DNA of 64,000 bases from a virus, in the IMG/VR virus record IMGVR_UViG_2667528172_000003, positions 212 through 64,211 of that record; one strand, 5' to 3'. Shown here in pieces: positions 37,871-48,270 of this stretch. Both the position numbers and the translations under genes were made by a program. Under the pieces are notes generated by a model that saw nothing but the letters and a program-made list of their open reading frames with translations, was not told where the DNA came from and did no database searches. Position 1 is the stretch's first letter; every line of letters starts with the position of its first letter.

Positions 37871-38997
37871 CCATCCGCCAGCATAAAACTGGCGACACTC
37901 TGGTTATCACTTTCACATACAAAGGGGTTCTGTGCCGGGAGCCCCTCTCCAAAATGGAAGCAAACGCGCGCGGTGTGAAGTACGCCGAGCGCCTACTCGG
38001 GGAGATACAAAACCAGATCGTCAGTGGCACCTTTGAATATGCGAAATATTTCCCCAACTCCAAAAAGCTGGAGCTGTTCGGGGTGGTGAAGAAAACCAAA
38101 AACATAAAGTCTTACCTGGACGAGTACCTGAAAATCTGCCAGAACCGCAACCTTTCGCCGTCCACCATTAGCGGTTATGAAAAATGCCTGTCGGCGCTGT
38201 CAGCCCTGCATAAACTCCACGTGTCAGAACTGACGCCAGCAGTCCTTAAAAACTGGATAGCCAGCCGGAAAACAAAGCTGAAAACGACCAGGAATAACCT
38301 TTCGTTTCTGCGCAGCGCCATTGATGAAGCGGTTACGGATGGCCTGCTGACCATTAATCCGGTAACCCTCGTCAGCGCCAGCCGGTACCACGTGATCGAC
38401 AGCAGCCCAAGCGCCGACGATTACGAGGTGGACCCGTTCACGCCAGCAGAAACCCTCGCTATTTACCAGAGCTGCAGGTACCCGGAATGGGAAAACCTTT
38501 TCCGCTTTGCTTTCAATACCGGTCTGCGGAGCTCCGAACTGTGCGCGCTGCGCTGGCCTGATCTCGACACCATCGCGAACACAGCCCACGTTCAGGCGGC
38601 CAGTGTCGTAGGGGTACTTAAAGGCACCAAGACAAAAGCCGGTACCCGTAAGGTGGAGCTGAACAGTGAGGCGCTGGCGGCCCTGCAGGCGCAGAAGCAA
38701 TACACCTTTATGAAAAGTGAGTTCATATTCAGCGATCCGAAAACGGGAGAACCCTGGGCGAACGCCGACGCTATCCGTAAAAAAGCATGGGTGCCGACCC
38801 TGAAAAAAGCTGGCGTGCGCTACCGTAACCCGTACCAGACGCGGCACACATTCGCCACCAAGCATATTAGCCAGGGCGTTAACCTCTTCTGGCTTGCCGG
38901 ACAGATGGGCCACAAAGGGCCGGAAATGATATTCCGCAACTACGGTAAATACCTAGCTGAATATGACGGTAAAACCGCGATTTCAGCCGCTCTGTAG
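37825..38997 (+). CDS. int: Prophage integrase (arm-binding + tyrosine recombinase)
   Basis: GLRSSE, YQTRHTFAT, QMGH, Y catalytic motifs; adjacent to attR. Confidence 0.95.
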   Translation: MGKKEQGSLSLPRGVTIRQHKTGDTLVITFTYKGVLCREPLSKMEANARGVKYAERLLGEIQNQIVSGTFEYAKYFPNSKKLELFGVVKKTKNIKSYLDEYLKICQNRNLSPSTISGYEKCLSALSALHKLHVSELTPAVLKNWIASRKTKLKTTRNNLSFLRSAIDEAVTDGLLTINPVTLVSASRYHVIDSSPSADDYEVDPFTPAETLAIYQSCRYPEWENLFRFAFNTGLRSSELCALRWPDLDTIANTAHVQAASVVGVLKGTKTKAGTRKVELNSEALAALQAQKQYTFMKSEFIFSDPKTGEPWANADAIRKKAWVPTLKKAGVRYRNPYQTRHTFATKHISQGVNLFWLAGQMGHKGPEMIFRNYGKYLAEYDGKTAISAAL

Positions 38998-39119
38998 CGG
39001 GGGAAATATTGCAAAATGTTGGACAGAATCAGGACGTTAGACAGACCTCAATATGCACGTAAAATGCACTTGAGGTATATAACAGCAAGAGAATTTTTTA
39101 TTTTCAATGAGTTAAATAC

Positions 39120-39156
39120 ATTTCGGACGCGAGTTCAACTCCCGCCAGCTCCACCA
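39120..39156 (+). repeat. Prophage attR = displaced tmRNA 3' fragment, also left end of the P4-like island
   Basis: 36/37 identity with 1283-1319 (G>A in T-stem). Confidence 0.93.
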
Positions 39157-39200
39157 AAATTCTCCATCGGTGATTACCAGAGTCATCCGATGAAGTCCTA

Positions 39201-39238
39201 AGAGCCCGTACGGCGCAAGCCCTGCGGGCTTTTTTGTG
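39201..39238 (+). terminator. Terminator of CP4-57-type left end
   Basis: AGCCCG...CGGGCT + TTTTTT; this flank matches my recollection of the E. coli K-12 ssrA-intA interval. Confidence 0.7.
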
Positions 39239-39359
39239 CCGGCAATGTGTCCCGCGAAGTCCGAAGAGAACTAATTAAATCCGAACCTTTTAGGCCCATT
39301 GATAGGCCCAACGGAAAGCTCTATTGTTTTCGTTGGGCCTAAACGCATGGAGACTCCCC

Positions 39360-40601
39360 ATGGCAAGAAAAACCAAGCCTTTAACCGATACGGAAATCAA
39401 AGCCGCCAAACCTAAAGATGCCGATTACCAGCTGTATGATGGTGATGGGCTTACTCTGCTAATCAAGTCCAACGGTAGTAAGCTCTGGCAGTTCCGTTAC
39501 TATCGACCTCTGACAAAGCAGCGAACTAAGCAGAGCTTTGGAGCCTACCCTGCCGTCTCACTTTCTGATGCGCGTAAACTAAGAGCTGAATCTCGAGTTT
39601 TATTAGCAAAAGACATTGATCCTCAGGAGCATCAGAAAGAACAGGTGAGGAATTCTCAAGAAGCTAAAACCAACACCTTCTTATTAGTTGCCGAGCGTTG
39701 GTGGAATGTGAAGAAAACCAGCGTAACAGAGGACTATGCCGACGATATCTGGCGCTCTCTTGAGAGAGATGTTTTCCCGGCAATCGGTGATATCAGTGTC
39801 ACTGAGATTAAGGCTCATACTCTGGTTAAAGCAGTTCAGCCGGTTCAGGCCAGAGGTGCATTAGAGACTGTTCGCCGCCTTTGTCAGCGTATTAACGAAG
39901 TCATGATTTATGCGCAGAACACAGGCTTGATTGATGCAGTTCCCAGCGTAAACATCGGGAAAGCGTTCGAGAAACCGCAGAAGAAAAACATGCCTAGTAT
40001 CCGCCCGGATCAACTCCCACAACTAATGCAGACTATACGCATGGCGAGTATCAACCTGTCCACACGATGCCTGTTCATGTGGCAGCTTCTCACCATTACC
40101 CGCCCTGCCGAAGCCGCTGAAGCTCGATGGGATGAGATCGATTTTGATGCTAGCGAATGGAAAATTCCTGCTGCTCGAATGAAGATGAATCGGGACCATA
40201 CGGTTCCATTACCTGATGGAGCTATCGCTATTCTGGAAATGATGAAGTCTCTCAGTGGTGGCCGAGAATTTATCTTTCCCAGTCGCATCAAACCAACCCA
40301 GCCGATGAACAGCCAAACAGTGAATGCAGCACTCAAGCGTGCTGGTTTAGGGGGCGTTCTCGTTTCCCATGGTTTGCGTTCTATCGCAAGTACAGCTCTC
40401 AATGAGCAAGGGTTTCCGCCTGATGTTATTGAGGCAGCATTGGCTCATATAGACAAAAATGAGGTACGACGAGCTTATAATCGAAGCGATTATCTTGAGC
40501 AACGACGTCCAATGATGCAATGGTGGGCTGATTTTGTTAGCAAGGCCGATAGCGGGAGCATTGTTGAAAGCGGGAAAACGGGGTTAAAACTTGTGGGCTG
40601 A
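39360..40601 (+). CDS. intA: CP4-57-type integrase IntA (SlpA), 413 aa
   Basis: MARKTKPLTDTEIKAAKPKDADYQLYDGDGL; HGLRSIASTALNE; LAH...VRRAYNRS. Confidence 0.95.
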   Translation: MARKTKPLTDTEIKAAKPKDADYQLYDGDGLTLLIKSNGSKLWQFRYYRPLTKQRTKQSFGAYPAVSLSDARKLRAESRVLLAKDIDPQEHQKEQVRNSQEAKTNTFLLVAERWWNVKKTSVTEDYADDIWRSLERDVFPAIGDISVTEIKAHTLVKAVQPVQARGALETVRRLCQRINEVMIYAQNTGLIDAVPSVNIGKAFEKPQKKNMPSIRPDQLPQLMQTIRMASINLSTRCLFMWQLLTITRPAEAAEARWDEIDFDASEWKIPAARMKMNRDHTVPLPDGAIAILEMMKSLSGGREFIFPSRIKPTQPMNSQTVNAALKRAGLGGVLVSHGLRSIASTALNEQGFPPDVIEAALAHIDKNEVRRAYNRSDYLEQRRPMMQWWADFVSKADSGSIVESGKTGLKLVG

Positions 40602-41244
40602 GTTTTGAACTGGACTGGTGCTTTCCCCGCAAAGGTGCATTGGCTCAAACCAGACCTGGAGTAATCGTAGATAGATAGCAATCGAATCTGACAGTCTGGT
40701 TTGTGCCAAAAGCGGACGTTGAATGAGCAGTCTATGTTAATCAACGGGGAGCTGGTCAGGCCAAATTCAGTCTACCACAACAGATGGTGGAGTTGGCGTG
40801 TCTGAACGGAGTACTACTAAGCCCACCACGCATGACCGGGGATGGGTATTATGAAGCGATGATTGCATATCCGGATCAGAATCGGGTTGGGTTGATGGAG
40901 GATCTCTTGAAAACCTCATGCCGATCCCAGTATCGGGTAGTTTAAGTCCCCCTAGATTGATCAGAATATTTAAAATTTAGTCAAATAAATTAACAAGGCC
41001 CAACAAGCATAAGGTAGCTACTGAGTCACAGCAGGACATAACGTCAAATTTACATGGGCTCGATTTTCTGAGGTTTTACCAGCGCGTTACTAATCTGGCG
41101 GAGCCGGAGAGAAGAATTAGTCAAAGGCATTCTCCTGGTTGCCGCAGAAGCCCACGTGATGCAACACTTTTAAGTATATGTTATTGATTGTCTTATAGTT
41201 CAAATGATATATTCTATTTAATTTAACATTTGAGAATTGTTGAC

Positions 41245-41883
41245 ATGGAACCTACCGATAAAAATAGTAGCGGGTGGAACCCCAAATACGTTACTGGTCT
41301 TTTTTTAACTACCATAGGTGGTCTTTTAGGTGGTCTTTGGACTTTTTTTGACTATACCTATTCCAAAACTATAAATGATTTAAACAATCAAATTTCAGCA
41401 TATGAAAAATCAAATGAATGGAAGCTGCCTGAGACTTTATTAAAAATAAATAAATCAGTTGAATCTCTTAATTTAAGAATAGACGAAAGAAACAGATTGA
41501 ATTATTTAGAGTTAGAAAATGATAAGTTAAAACTCGAAAACAATGATATCAGATCCAAGATGATGAAAACAGAAGCTGCTTTAAACTCTGCCAATGAATA
41601 CTTACAAACGTTTGTATCAAAACATGATGATTTTATATTAAAAAGAGGAAAATCCTATGCATTAACAGAAAATAATTTATATATATCCGCGCAAAATGTT
41701 TATAGCACTACCGTAGAGGGTCAATTCGATAATGAACCTTACACTCTCGAACTGGGAAAATCCAAAGATTTTAGTGTTGGCAATTTAACATGTAAAGTGG
41801 TTTTAACAAGTATTGCCTATATGGATAACGAGGCCTCATTTTCCAAAAGCTGTTATGACAAATCAAAACAGCCAAAATTCTAA
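41245..41883 (+). CDS. Membrane-anchored coiled-coil protein (212 aa), unknown function
   Basis: TM helix VTGLFLTTIGGLLGGLWTFF, heptad segment, beta-rich C-terminus; AT-rich. Confidence 0.7.
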   Translation: MEPTDKNSSGWNPKYVTGLFLTTIGGLLGGLWTFFDYTYSKTINDLNNQISAYEKSNEWKLPETLLKINKSVESLNLRIDERNRLNYLELENDKLKLENNDIRSKMMKTEAALNSANEYLQTFVSKHDDFILKRGKSYALTENNLYISAQNVYSTTVEGQFDNEPYTLELGKSKDFSVGNLTCKVVLTSIAYMDNEASFSKSCYDKSKQPKF

Positions 41884-41954
41884 TGTGGGATTTGGTTCTA
41901 ACACAATCAAGTCAGTATGTTTTAAATATATACTGACTCAAAGGCATTGGGGGT

Positions 41955-43202
41955 TTATTTTCCTTTGTATCGTCCAAAAATATTTTTACGATGCCAATCT
42001 AGATATTGGAAAGTGCCTAGGGGTATCATCACTTTTTTGCATAAGTCGATCCCCAAAAGACGAAGCGTGAATTCATTTTTTAACTCCTCGCATAAAATTA
42101 ACTCACCACTATTTTCAAAGCTCAAGAAACCTTTATCAAATAAAATATCCACATTTGAAGATAATAAAAAACCATTAAAAGGGTCAAGACGTTCTTTATT
42201 ATTTGATACTCTCCAGGGCTTGATATGGCTTGCTCTAAGCATAAATTCATACGGAATACCAGTAACGATACATTTCCCATATAGTTTAATTAATTCTTTT
42301 CTGTACTTTCCTTGACCTTTACGTGCGGCTATAAGCTGTTCGCGTTCTGTTACCGAGAGTGAATCGTCATTTTCAATCATTTCAATATCATTGATTAGAA
42401 AATCAATATCTTCAAATTCATTGCCATCACTAGATTTATTCTTTTTAACGATATTAAAACCAAGTGCTTCTAATATATGAAAACAAGGTGAATTGACTCC
42501 TCCGCTAAACTCATCAGCAAACAAAGGTCTATTAATCAATGCAATAGCTGAAATACCAAAAATGACTTTAGGTGGATATCTAACTCCATCATATTCCAGG
42601 TCATAGGTTGTAGAGTTTTGGTATTTATAATCAGAATATATCAACTCACCAAACTTATCTAGTGTGTCTAAAATGTTCTCTCTAGTTAGAGAAGACATCA
42701 AAGCATTTAAGTTTGAAACTCTATGGCTTACCGATTTCGTATCTCTGTATCCTATGGATTTTTCTAATTCAATTATACTGTTATTTTTATAATATACTCC
42801 TGCCCTTGAAAGTAAATACCATGCAATTACCTTGCTAATCACTGAGCAATAGCCTTGATGTGCGGTGCCTAAATAAGTGATTGGCGAATACTTCTCTGCT
42901 CTTTTTTCTAATAGGTATTCACTGTGATTACTAATCTCTATTGGCATTTCCAACTGAGAAGATTTAATCTTCACCTTCCAGATCTCACCTGTTTTGTCAG
43001 TTTCTGACATAGACGAAGCGAGCGCAAATCCTACATAATTTATTACCCCACGGCTACAGAAAAAAATGAGGTCGCCTTTCTTAATGGTTTTAACCATTTC
43101 TCTATAATGGTTGTATTTTTTTGCGGGCCTTGCGCTGATCCAACCATTCTCAAGTTCTTTTTTTTGTGACCATGGGCTTTGCGTAATCCAGAAGTAATTC
43201 AT
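41955..43202 (-). CDS. Putative modification-dependent (type IV) restriction endonuclease: EVE/PUA-like + ScoMcrA-N-like + HNH
   Basis: YFWITQ...IKKGD.IFF; YDL.YDG.RYPPK..F..FSGG; RKGQG.YR..C.VTG..ASHIKPW..NG.LL..D..FD.G. Confidence 0.75.
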   Translation of the reverse strand: MNYFWITQSPWSQKKELENGWISARPAKKYNHYREMVKTIKKGDLIFFCSRGVINYVGFALASSMSETDKTGEIWKVKIKSSQLEMPIEISNHSEYLLEKRAEKYSPITYLGTAHQGYCSVISKVIAWYLLSRAGVYYKNNSIIELEKSIGYRDTKSVSHRVSNLNALMSSLTRENILDTLDKFGELIYSDYKYQNSTTYDLEYDGVRYPPKVIFGISAIALINRPLFADEFSGGVNSPCFHILEALGFNIVKKNKSSDGNEFEDIDFLINDIEMIENDDSLSVTEREQLIAARKGQGKYRKELIKLYGKCIVTGIPYEFMLRASHIKPWRVSNNKERLDPFNGFLLSSNVDILFDKGFLSFENSGELILCEELKNEFTLRLLGIDLCKKVMIPLGTFQYLDWHRKNIFGRYKGK

Positions 43203-43369
43203 GTGAAATATTCACACCTCATATTAAACGGACTGATTTATAAGATATTAACTTCCTAACTAAGTCAATGCAAACCACATTAGGTGAAAGCTCACCTCTT
43301 TTTCCCTACACACTTTTTCGACTTCCGTTTTTTTCAACCATCAGACCGTATTCCTCCAATATCAGATTC

Positions 43370-44035
43370 TTAGGGATCATTGAGGTAGCTCACTGTTGTA
43401 TCTGTCAGCTGGTGCTCTGTGACGTCCCGTACTTCGTTCCGTGTTTTGAACAGATTAAAAACCAGGATGTCTATCCGATACAGTACCCGGATGATACATT
43501 GAGCCGGGATATACAGATCGATTCCTATCACCTGCATCTCATGATGAAAACCATCTACCAGATTGAAGATCCGGAAGCGTCTGTCGTAGACAAACGCATC
43601 CTGCATAAAGTCGTTAGTTCAGAACTGATTCAGCAATTCCGGTTTTATCAACAGAGTCGGATTACGCACCGGCAGACCTCGCTTTACTTTACGATGAAAA
43701 TTTGGTTTCAGCAGGCAATAAATCCGGTGTACAAGCTTAAGATTCAAGCAGCAGCCCTATCTTCGTAGTCCCTGAAATAGCTTCTTAAAACTGTATGGCT
43801 GATAGTATTCTATTATTTCAGTCAACGCTCAGATCACCGGTTCATGTCGGCGTATTTCGGCTTGGAGAAAATATACCGTCTGCTCAGCGATAATGACCTC
43901 CATGCTTGGCGTAAGTACATGGCAAATTGCACTGTCAGATAGTTGACGCTCTAGAATTTTATCAATGATTTTAAGGTTTTTTTCTACTAAATCTTTTAAC
44001 TCGCAATTTTCCAGACCTAGGTCGGCAAATATCTA
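43370..44035 (-). pseudogene. Decayed IS3-family (IS407-group) transposase remnant
   Basis: IFADLGLENCELKDLVEKN (OrfA end) and PELLNQF*TNDFMQDAFVYDRRFRIFNLVD (OrfB DDE start) with stops. Confidence 0.7.
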
Positions 44036-44223
44036 TTTAAGCCACCTGACCTGCTCGCCGTTGATTAACATACAGCATTGGTAGCAATGCGACTATTTGG
44101 CTACGAGATCAACTGTGAACTTCCGCTATTCGCTCGTAGCAGACCTTCAGCTTAGTTACCTAGTCCGCTCAGTGCCAGAAGCGGACGCTTTCTCTCAGCC
44201 TGAATCTGATCAAATGCCAGAGG

Positions 44224-46281
44224 TTATATTTTGTGCGCTGCAAAGCGGCTTTCTGGTAATCCGGCAAAAAAAGGTGACCGAATGCTGAAAAGCGCACCGT
44301 CATAAGCGGTTGGCTCTGCGAGTCCTACCCGGGCACTGGTACATGAAAGTGTGTGGAGTGACGAACCACCAAGCACCGGGCAGGTTGTCTGGAGGGCTGG
44401 AGCAGAAAGAATGCTGTGTATTTCTCCCACCGGACTGTATCGGACAACCCAACTGCCGCCCCATTCTGCGTTCCACAGATAGCCCTGCTCATCAATGCAG
44501 GAACCATCAGGCGCGCCGCCGTCTTCGATTTTGGTGAACACGCGCTGGTTTTGCAGCGAGGGGTAATCGCAGCACATAATCCGACCCTGCATCGAGTCAC
44601 AGTAATAGAACGTGCCACCATCGGGGCTGAAACAGATGCTGTTCGGTATAGCGACATCGGGCGATGCAAACGTCTCAACAGTCAGCGTTGCCGCATTGAG
44701 TCGATGAAACTTACCGATGACTTTAACGGGATAATCGTCATCCATCGTCCCGAAGACAAAATTACCGGCACGGTCGCACCGTCCATCACCCATACGGGTG
44801 CCGGTGTCTCCCAGTGAAGCAGCCACTGGGGTAATTAATCCGCTGTTGAGATCATAGAAAGCCAGCCTTGTCGTGAATCCCATCAGCAGAATGTGATCCT
44901 GTTCAGTTAGGGCAAAGGAGCCAAGACGTTCAGGCAGCGACCAGCGCATCACAGCATCAATACCTTCTTCTATGGCGAGAAGTTCACTGGCTTCAATACA
45001 AAAAACGATAGTTTTATCCATCGGGTTGGTGCGTTTTAAGTAGTCGGTGATGGTTTGCGCTACCAGCATGGTGCGCTCATCAATGACCATGGTGCGGTCA
45101 AAGTCTTTCTGATTATAAATACGGTCTTCAATCAGCTCACCGTGCTTATCCACCTGCCCTTTGGTCGGACGCCAGCCTTGTAAATCCACGTCAATGTCCA
45201 CGCGCACCACTTTGTAGGGTGCCAGGAAACCATCTTCGATGCCTTCTTTCAGGGAATAGGTATAGACCGGTTCTCCGAAGTAGTCAGTACTGGAAACTTC
45301 TTCGGTTTCTTTCGGCGTGGCGGTGAGGCCAATCTGCGTGGCACTGCTGAAGTATTCGAGGATTTCACGCCAGGCGCTATCCTCCGACGCGCTGCCACGG
45401 TGGCATTCGTCGATAACAATCAGGTCAAAGAAATCAGGCGCAACTTGTTTAAACGCTTTCTGATGTTCTTCCGGCCCGGTGATGGCCTGATACAACGCTA
45501 GTTGGATTTCGTATGCCGGGTCGATATTGCGCCCGGTAATTTTTGTCATCGCGCTGCCAAAGGGTTGGAAGTCGTTGGTTTTTGTTTGATCAACCAGGAT
45601 ATTGCGGTCAGCGAGGAACAGAATGCGTTTCTTGTTTTTGGCTTTCCATAAACGCCAGATAATCTGGAAAGCAGTGTAGGTTTTCCCTGTTCCGGTAGCC
45701 ATGACCAGCAATACACGTTTTTGCCCGGCAGATACGGCTTCTATCGTTTTATTGATTGCCTGTAACTGATAGTAGCGAGGGGACTTTCCTGAGTTATCAT
45801 CATAGTAATCCTGGCTGATGACTGGCATTTGTTCGGTAGTAAAACCTTTCCAGGAACAGTATTTATCCCAAAGTTGTTCAGGACCAGGGAAATCTTCTAG
45901 CTTAATCTCAGATTCAAGCTGCACAGGATTAGTTTTATCATGGAAGATAAAGCCATCACCGTTGGAGGCAAAAACAAACGGCACATCAAGCAAACGCGCG
46001 TAATCCAGCCCTTGCTGCATCCCTTTGCCAATCTCATGCTTATTGGCTTTTGCTTCAATAACAGCAAGCGGTAACCCTGGTTTGTGGTAAAGCACAATAT
46101 CGGCTGACTTCACTGTCAGGCGTGCCGCCAGTTTGCCGAGTACAACCACTTTGCCATCGCGGAGTTTTACCTCCTGGCGTATCTGCGTCATTACATCCCA
46201 ACCCGCCTCTTTGATTGCAGGCAGAATGAATTTTGTGATGATGTCCGTTTCTGTCAGATGTATTTTGCTAACGCCAGCCAT
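44224..46281 (-). CDS. hsdR: In-frame chimera: EcoAI-type HsdR N-terminal 428 aa fused to N-truncated SMP-30/gluconolactonase
   Basis: [22 protein letters not shown] then KTIVFC|IEASELL junction (~44997); [25 protein letters not shown]; no hsdM/hsdS nearby. Confidence 0.8.
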   Translation of the reverse strand: MAGVSKIHLTETDIITKFILPAIKEAGWDVMTQIRQEVKLRDGKVVVLGKLAARLTVKSADIVLYHKPGLPLAVIEAKANKHEIGKGMQQGLDYARLLDVPFVFASNGDGFIFHDKTNPVQLESEIKLEDFPGPEQLWDKYCSWKGFTTEQMPVISQDYYDDNSGKSPRYYQLQAINKTIEAVSAGQKRVLLVMATGTGKTYTAFQIIWRLWKAKNKKRILFLADRNILVDQTKTNDFQPFGSAMTKITGRNIDPAYEIQLALYQAITGPEEHQKAFKQVAPDFFDLIVIDECHRGSASEDSAWREILEYFSSATQIGLTATPKETEEVSSTDYFGEPVYTYSLKEGIEDGFLAPYKVVRVDIDVDLQGWRPTKGQVDKHGELIEDRIYNQKDFDRTMVIDERTMLVAQTITDYLKRTNPMDKTIVFCIEASELLAIEEGIDAVMRWSLPERLGSFALTEQDHILLMGFTTRLAFYDLNSGLITPVAASLGDTGTRMGDGRCDRAGNFVFGTMDDDYPVKVIGKFHRLNAATLTVETFASPDVAIPNSICFSPDGGTFYYCDSMQGRIMCCDYPSLQNQRVFTKIEDGGAPDGSCIDEQGYLWNAEWGGSWVVRYSPVGEIHSILSAPALQTTCPVLGGSSLHTLSCTSARVGLAEPTAYDGALFSIRSPFFAGLPESRFAAHKI

Positions 46282-46471
46282 AACAGAGTTCCCAACGATG
46301 GTGTGTGTCTCAGATTAACTTACAAAGATGTTCCAAATCATGACTTAAAACTAGGTTTTAATCCATAAACCGACACAGCATGTGCCTTTCACGAAAAAAA
46401 TTGTGATGAAAAAACATCTCAGCGTTCACAGGCAGCGCAGCACGCCGCCTGACACCGAACGCTTTAGACGA

Positions 46472-47551
46472 TCATGAGCCCATCTTTATCATTTTTTCTT
46501 TAAGCTTTTCGCCAATTTCCGTTGCAGTTGGCTCTGCATCAGGATCTTGAGTAAAAATTTCAGCCAGCACGGTGATGTAAGCCTCCCCCAGACCAACGGT
46601 GATTGCGCTGGCAGTGGCTGCTGATATTGCCCCACCAGCAACCGTTCCGACTCCCGGGAAAAACTTCAGAATATTAACAACAACGGTACGGCCTAAAAAC
46701 GTCGCGCCCCCGACGCCGATCGCCGATGCCACCAGCGTGGTAAGGGTTCCCTTTGATAGCTCAAGGCCAAATACGGATGTAATACCCGCAATCATACCAA
46801 CCTGAATAGGTGCAAGGATGACAGCGTCAGAAAAAGGGATCGGACTCGCGCCCGCTGCGGCTGCGGCCGTCGCGGAAGCCGCTACAATTTTATGCGACTG
46901 TGTCTTCCTATAGTTAATATTGGCCCTTTGCGCTGCAGCCAACGCTCTACGCTTTCCCTCAGGGATAACCTCTGATGTCAGTTCTATCAGGCTTTCTAAT
47001 CCCATTGGTTTTAGGACGTAACCATCATCCATCTCTTCCTGAATCGCACGGACTCGAATTACATTTTTGGATTCAGGAAGCAAGCGCTGAACTTCGTTTT
47101 TGAAACCATTGTCACTTCTCGCCTTGGTGACCACACAAATCACCGGCATATGGCGAGCCAGCATAGTGTGTAAATCAATCTCTGCCTGCTCGACCCTACG
47201 CCCGTCTTCTTGTATGCAAAGCCATGCGACATGAATATGGCGATTTGAATCTCTGTCAGACGAGCGTTCTGTTATCAGTTTTTCAAGATCAGCATGAGTC
47301 TCCTTGAACTGAGACATTTCCAGACCACGGGTATCAAAAATAGTGAGTGGTACACCCTCTTTCGTAATCTCACGCGTATTTTGAGTCACTGGTTTACCCT
47401 GGCCCGTTTCGGCCATTTTCTGCTGGAATACCGCGTTGATTAATGTGCTCTTCCCTACCCCAGAACGGCCAGCAATCAGTATCGAAATATTGCCCCGCTC
47501 CGTGGTGGCCTTTTGAATAGCGTCCTTTATGATATCGTCAATATTATCCAT
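46472..47551 (-). CDS. P-loop GTPase with DUF697/YcjF-like hydrophobic C-terminal domain (359 aa)
   Basis: GRSGVGKS, GKPVT, DTRG, VVTK; SPIPFSDA..QVGMI..I..VFG; AGGA RBS at 47551. Confidence 0.8.
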   Translation of the reverse strand: MDNIDDIIKDAIQKATTERGNISILIAGRSGVGKSTLINAVFQQKMAETGQGKPVTQNTREITKEGVPLTIFDTRGLEMSQFKETHADLEKLITERSSDRDSNRHIHVAWLCIQEDGRRVEQAEIDLHTMLARHMPVICVVTKARSDNGFKNEVQRLLPESKNVIRVRAIQEEMDDGYVLKPMGLESLIELTSEVIPEGKRRALAAAQRANINYRKTQSHKIVAASATAAAAAGASPIPFSDAVILAPIQVGMIAGITSVFGLELSKGTLTTLVASAIGVGGATFLGRTVVVNILKFFPGVGTVAGGAISAATASAITVGLGEAYITVLAEIFTQDPDAEPTATEIGEKLKEKMIKMGS

Positions 47552-48270
47552 TACGTTTCCTGTTATGAAATCGAGTTCAGGCACCAGAGCAATCCGGGGA
47601 ATGAGTGACATTTCTGGCATTAATTTGCATTAAGTTACTGATGGAGCCTGACAGACCATTCCGCAACAAGGCGGTCTGTCCGACATGAATTTTCAGAGAA
47701 ATCAGTATTGCGTTATTCGCAATTATTTACAACGCGTTACAGGTTACTTCCGTTGATTGCCAAAAGAAAGGTTGGCTGCACCCGCACTCAACAATAAACA
47801 AAAGTACGGTTGCAGAAGCAGTCATTGCTTACATTCAGAAAGCAGCCTGTTAGTACTTTCCCCTGCGGCGATAAGCCTTGCTTTTAAAATGCGCCTCGAG
47901 GCCTCTGCTACTAAGGGAAGCGCTCTCATATAGCCGTTTTAATTGACCATTGTGTCAGGGTGATACCGTACACGTCCTGGAGAAGTCGAGGTAACTTCTT
48001 CAGAATCCCCATCAGCAAGAGAGCTGCTTGATCGCTCTCGCGTTTTAACCAACGTCATGCTTGATAAACCCGACGATGCCGCTCCAAATTACGTTTTGCT
48101 TCTTATCCTATCCGAACAGTTGAAGATGCTTAACGACGCCTTTGAGGCAGAGGAAGTGCAGAGAATGACAGGCGACCCGAACTAATCCGGTTTCAGAGCC
48201 CCGCATACTGTGGACTGGCAAGATATGCCATCACCAATACAACGGGGCCCGATGTGGTGCCCGGAAGAGC

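Noticed and set aside
41034-41172. Long attC-like element (ACATAAC...CATGGGCT/AGCCCACG...)
   Set aside because: Right-hand GTT box missing and pairing poor; cannot be supported by eye.
46416-46469. Hairpin after the GTPase stop resembling attC (GTCTAAA...GCTGAGAT)
   Set aside because: Both core boxes deviate; a simple terminator explains it.
47960-48185. Open frame SARELLDRSRVLTNVML... between GTPase and NACHT 1
   Set aside because: No start codon upstream of the conserved-looking part; at most a gene remnant.
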